From Syntrophales bacterium (GTDB taxonomy: Bacteria > Desulfobacterota > Syntrophia > Syntrophales > UBA2210), in contig CAXXNF010000001.1 in the NCBI GenBank assembly GCA_963666365.2, positions 128,001 through 192,000 on the forward strand: DNA of 64,000 nt, read 5' to 3'. A program made the translations under genes and the position numbers. A model generated the notes under the pieces. That model ran no database searches and was not told the origin of the DNA. It worked only from the letters and a program-made list of their open reading frames with translations. This document shows positions 61,601-64,000 of the stretch, in pieces (the stretch's first letter is position 1; every line of letters begins with the position of its first letter).

Positions 61601-63148
61601 GTTATAGCCGCTGAACACGATATTCGGGTTTTCAGGGTGAACCACCATCGAATAGGAATAGTCGATCTCCGACTGGTGCAGAAAACGCCAGCTTATACCT
61701 CTGTTTTCAGTCTTGAATATCCCGAAACCGCTCTTGAGCGCGTATAGTATATCGGGATTCGACGGGGCGGGAGCCACGGCATGAATTGAACCGTATCTGA
61801 ATCCGGCACCATAGGTATCGATTATCTTTTTCCAGGTTGTGCCGCCGTTCTCCGTCATAAAAACTTCGCCCACATCCGCCACTTCCCATACGGTTTCAGG
61901 ATCATGGGGACTGATCACCAGTTCGTCGGTCCAGGGATGGGTTATCCCTCCCCCTACAACGTTGGTCCATGAATCACCATTATCTTCTGTCACAAAAGTT
62001 CCTTCGCCGTTTACTGTTGCCGCATATACGGTCCCGCTACCTGGAGTGTCTGGAAGCGCAAGAAGGGATATGCTTGTGTTGAGCAGCCCCTGATTGATGG
62101 GAGTCCATGAATCTCCTCTGTCTTCTGTCTTGACTATTCCATGGGCGCGCCGGGGTAGATACAGGACGTCAGTATTGCGGGGATCTACCGCTATATCACA
62201 CATATCCCCGCTTCTTCCGGGCGGAGTAATGTTTGACCAGCTGCTTCCATTATCAGTGGATCTGTATACTCTGTCTCCCGTACCCACATACAGCGCATCA
62301 TCTTCCCGGGCCCTGCCCATAATATTTACCATACCATCAGTACCGGGCAGTCTGAGTGATATCCATGTATTACCGCCATCCACACTTTTCAGGAGGTAAT
62401 TGTCTTTCTCACTGTCAAACACTTCGTTATACACGTCAAATAGCCCCACATAGATACTATTGGTATCCGACGGGTCAACAAAAATGGTATTAACATCCGA
62501 AGCTTCACCTTTATCCAGATCGATCTGATTCCAGGACTTTCCCCCATCGATAGTGTGATACAATCCTCCTTTACCTTGATTGACTGTCCCAACCCAGATT
62601 TCATCTACTGCTCCCATGGAGATTTCCCAGATTTTTTCATCCGGCAGACTGCCTGAAATATCATCCGACCATGTCTCTCCCGAATCTTTGCTGTAATACA
62701 CCTCACCGCTGTGGAGTCCCGCGGCCAGGACGGAGGAATCGGATACTGACATTGAAATGCATTCTATTCCCCCGAAAAAATCCAATTTCAGCCAGTTGAC
62801 GCCTCCGTCGTCACTCTTATATATCAGGCCACCTGCCAGCGCATATATTTGCTGGCTGTTCTCCCATGAGACAATGATGTCGATAGTGTACATGGTCGGA
62901 TCCCCAAACTCTTTTGTCATGAACCATGTTTCGCCCCCGTCAACCGTCTTGTATATTCCTCCGCCGGCGCCACCGGCATAGAGAATATCAGGATTCTGAG
63001 AATCGATTTCCACGACGTTTATCCACCCGCCGGCAGGACCATTGGTCTGAACCCATTGGGATGCCTGTACCGTATTGAAATCCGGGATTATAAGTGTGAG
63101 GAGAGCGAGCAGGGATATCGCTGCGGTTTTTCCAAAGGCGGACATCAT
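58619..63148 (-). CDS. Large secreted BNR/Asp-box (VPS10/sortilin-like) beta-propeller protein with DxDxDG Ca-binding repeats and a C-terminal dockerin-like domain
   Basis: Signal peptide; many S/T-x-D-G-G-x-x-W boxes; DTDGDG repeats; GDIDGSGSVDLADAI. Confidence 0.88.
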   Translation of the reverse strand: MMSAFGKTAAISLLALLTLIIPDFNTVQASQWVQTNGPAGGWINVVEIDSQNPDILYAGGAGGGIYKTVDGGETWFMTKEFGDPTMYTIDIIVSWENSQQIYALAGGLIYKSDDGGVNWLKLDFFGGIECISMSVSDSSVLAAGLHSGEVYYSKDSGETWSDDISGSLPDEKIWEISMGAVDEIWVGTVNQGKGGLYHTIDGGKSWNQIDLDKGEASDVNTIFVDPSDTNSIYVGLFDVYNEVFDSEKDNYLLKSVDGGNTWISLRLPGTDGMVNIMGRAREDDALYVGTGDRVYRSTDNGSSWSNITPPGRSGDMCDIAVDPRNTDVLYLPRRAHGIVKTEDRGDSWTPINQGLLNTSISLLALPDTPGSGTVYAATVNGEGTFVTEDNGDSWTNVVGGGITHPWTDELVISPHDPETVWEVADVGEVFMTENGGTTWKKIIDTYGAGFRYGSIHAVAPAPSNPDILYALKSGFGIFKTENRGISWRFLHQSEIDYSYSMVVHPENPNIVFSGYNSKPFQNWAMVRRTTDGGNTWDTSLHVDGAEAITSVVFDPSDHNTLYAGSTGSTGGKIFKSADGGNNWSNLNEHFIMNTVWGQPQLIVDPNDPSIAYAGTWLAGTWKTTNAGAHWTLLKNAPVSATSLSLTPSNSNVIYLSDRTAPKVWKSIDGGATWEVIGDFSSNGAFLVNRVLADGDRIYAATFGPGMHGGKLYKSTDAGKEWIDITGGLPRSVLDIAVNPDNPDIVYVTTHIYGAYKSVNGGADWTEMQNFPDIGAYDIEVDQVDPHIVYTCGMGGGTVPDWCMAPDGYTFSDDSGVYRSTDSGATWEQLLRTDNECRAIRLHPDDHTTLFASAMDDGLQVSTDAGKTWRACNEGLDTKVLTSCTVGGSTIYVGTQGFGVYSGDLVSTGGMSVTWQPDRSNKPSPQVYSLQIEIDPANPERIFVGANPGGLYRSDDGGATFYDKNFLTPSVVVEDPYRQGYYNFAINPKKSSQVWLGTWGKGIYKSYDGMDFDIGASGADRKMYGKHIYEVVVDPHNDAPVVYAATEEGVYKTTDEGVTWSDFSTGLDNTQVRTLDMLSDGTLVCGTLGYELYYYDPPEKTWRQMPGFGNYGTFWPLWDDRPLYQYTTLLFDPVHAENIYVGTFPAGIYKSTDGGQSWRERNVGWTNDGVFSLVFRPGNTKIIYAGTYNGVNRSLDAGEHWEMWDKGWPDEQWVFSIDFDQGNPDIMYACSKNGENEGRGREEFHGTVMKSMDGGANWFPITNGLQLDNEFYKIIVDRHDPNTLYLASQCEGVFISHDGGAGWSSWNEGLTNLKPGTNGNNVTNTMVMSADGNYLYFGSAGSGVFRRALHEDTDGDGLADSWERAFFKDLTTTEGTGDQDKDRLTDRYEYRYATDPTNGDTDGDGMSDAWEVDTTLNPLLDDGSMDWDEDSYTNLEEYFYGTDPHDPESKPIVGDIDGSGSVDLADAILAGRILTGESPDGIKKIINISGNSTIRAEEMIYILQGISGLR

Positions 63149-63326
63149 ACCACCTCCTGTGAGTATTCACTCGATTTTAATTAAAAATAGCCTATCACAG
63201 TCGCCTGTCTTGACCTACATAATAATTCCATAGAAATGAAGCTGTCGGCATTTTTCCAACTCAACTATTCTCCTGATAATTTTCGGAGACGATGTAGTTT
63301 CTTCAACAGGATTCGGTAAAAACAAC

Positions 63327-63360
63327 AAATACCCGCACCCTCGAAAGGATGCGGGTATTT
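63327..63360 (-). terminator. Terminator between the two dockerin-like genes
   Basis: AAATACCCGCA..TGCGGGTATTT hairpin. Confidence 0.75.
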
Positions 63361-63384
63361 ATTCATGTATGTCGTTCTTCCCCG

Positions 63385-63999
63385 CTATTCCGTCGACAGG
63401 TTCCTCAGAATAGACAGTGCATCTCCCATATCGATCGCGCCGTTTCGCGTAATGTCGGCTTTTATTTTCCCGATAGTTTCCAGCGTGCCTTCATGTGCGA
63501 GAATATGAAGGATGCAGATAAAATCACCAAGATCAACGACGCCGTCGCCATTTATATCGCCGTAGTTGATGAGTCCCGTCAACGGATAATCGTGGAGCTG
63601 ATTGACTCCCGCGGCTGATTCACACAGGCTCATCACGTGCACGGCGCCGTCGGAACCGCATACCTGCAGGAGAGGCGCGCGAAAATCACCCTCTTTGTCG
63701 GTCACTCTTGACAACAGCAGGATCTCACCTTCTGAGACGTCTATTGTGCCGAAATAAAGGCCGATTCCAGTCCCGTCCCCCTGCGTCCATGTGACGGCCG
63801 ACAGGTCTCTGTCCCCATCCTCGATAACGGCAAGGGACAGCTCGCGAGGGACCGCTTCCGGAAACAGCAGTCCAAGATTCGACCATTCTTTGGTTTCTCC
63901 TTCATATTTACAAAGTCCGATTCCGGCGTTGTCCCCACTGTAGCCAAGATAGGCGCGGCGCTCATCTCCGCAAAGCGCGAAGGCGCTCCCTGCAGCTTC
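63385..63999 (-). CDS. C-terminal part of a dockerin-like domain protein (runs off the window)
   Basis: Frame open to the window edge; GDINGDGVVDLGD and ADITRNGAIDMGD duplicated Ca-loops. Confidence 0.8.
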   Translation of the reverse strand, partial: EAAGSAFALCGDERRAYLGYSGDNAGIGLCKYEGETKEWSNLGLLFPEAVPRELSLAVIEDGDRDLSAVTWTQGDGTGIGLYFGTIDVSEGEILLLSRVTDKEGDFRAPLLQVCGSDGAVHVMSLCESAAGVNQLHDYPLTGLINYGDINGDGVVDLGDFICILHILAHEGTLETIGKIKADITRNGAIDMGDALSILRNLSTE

Positions 64000-64000
64000 C

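Overview
Window from an anaerobic deltaproteobacterium-like genome (inferred from gene content), in three blocks. (1) 1-21.5 kb: an apparently more AT-rich signalling island with four hybrid histidine kinases (membrane-PAS, MEDS-PAS, PAS, CHASE) and a CheB/CheR-PAS fusion. It carries IS66, IS256, IS630, IS3 and IS1182 elements; one kinase is split by an in-frame TAA and another by IS66. (2) 21.6-36.7 kb: core-like genes (Usp, flavin reductase, long DUF362 protein, TatD, peptide ABC permeases, tRNA-Lys, M20 peptidase, IlvD, MFS, Ski2/HelY-like helicase, tRNA-Glu). (3) 36.7-64 kb: an accessory region after tRNA-Glu. Its main feature is a co-directional cluster, divergent from a TetR gene, that combines a haloalkane dehalogenase, an epoxide hydrolase, a TAT-less reductive dehalogenase with an RdhB-like anchor, three paralogous poly-Cys Fe-S proteins, three DUF169 and three DUF1330 copies, a nitroreductase and an acyl-CoA ligase, with tiny remnants of deleted genes between them. 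Further right are a dead RAYT element, a LivK-like binding protein, a three-gene deletion chimera and secreted BNR/dockerin proteins. All family calls come from motif recognition by eye, not database searches.
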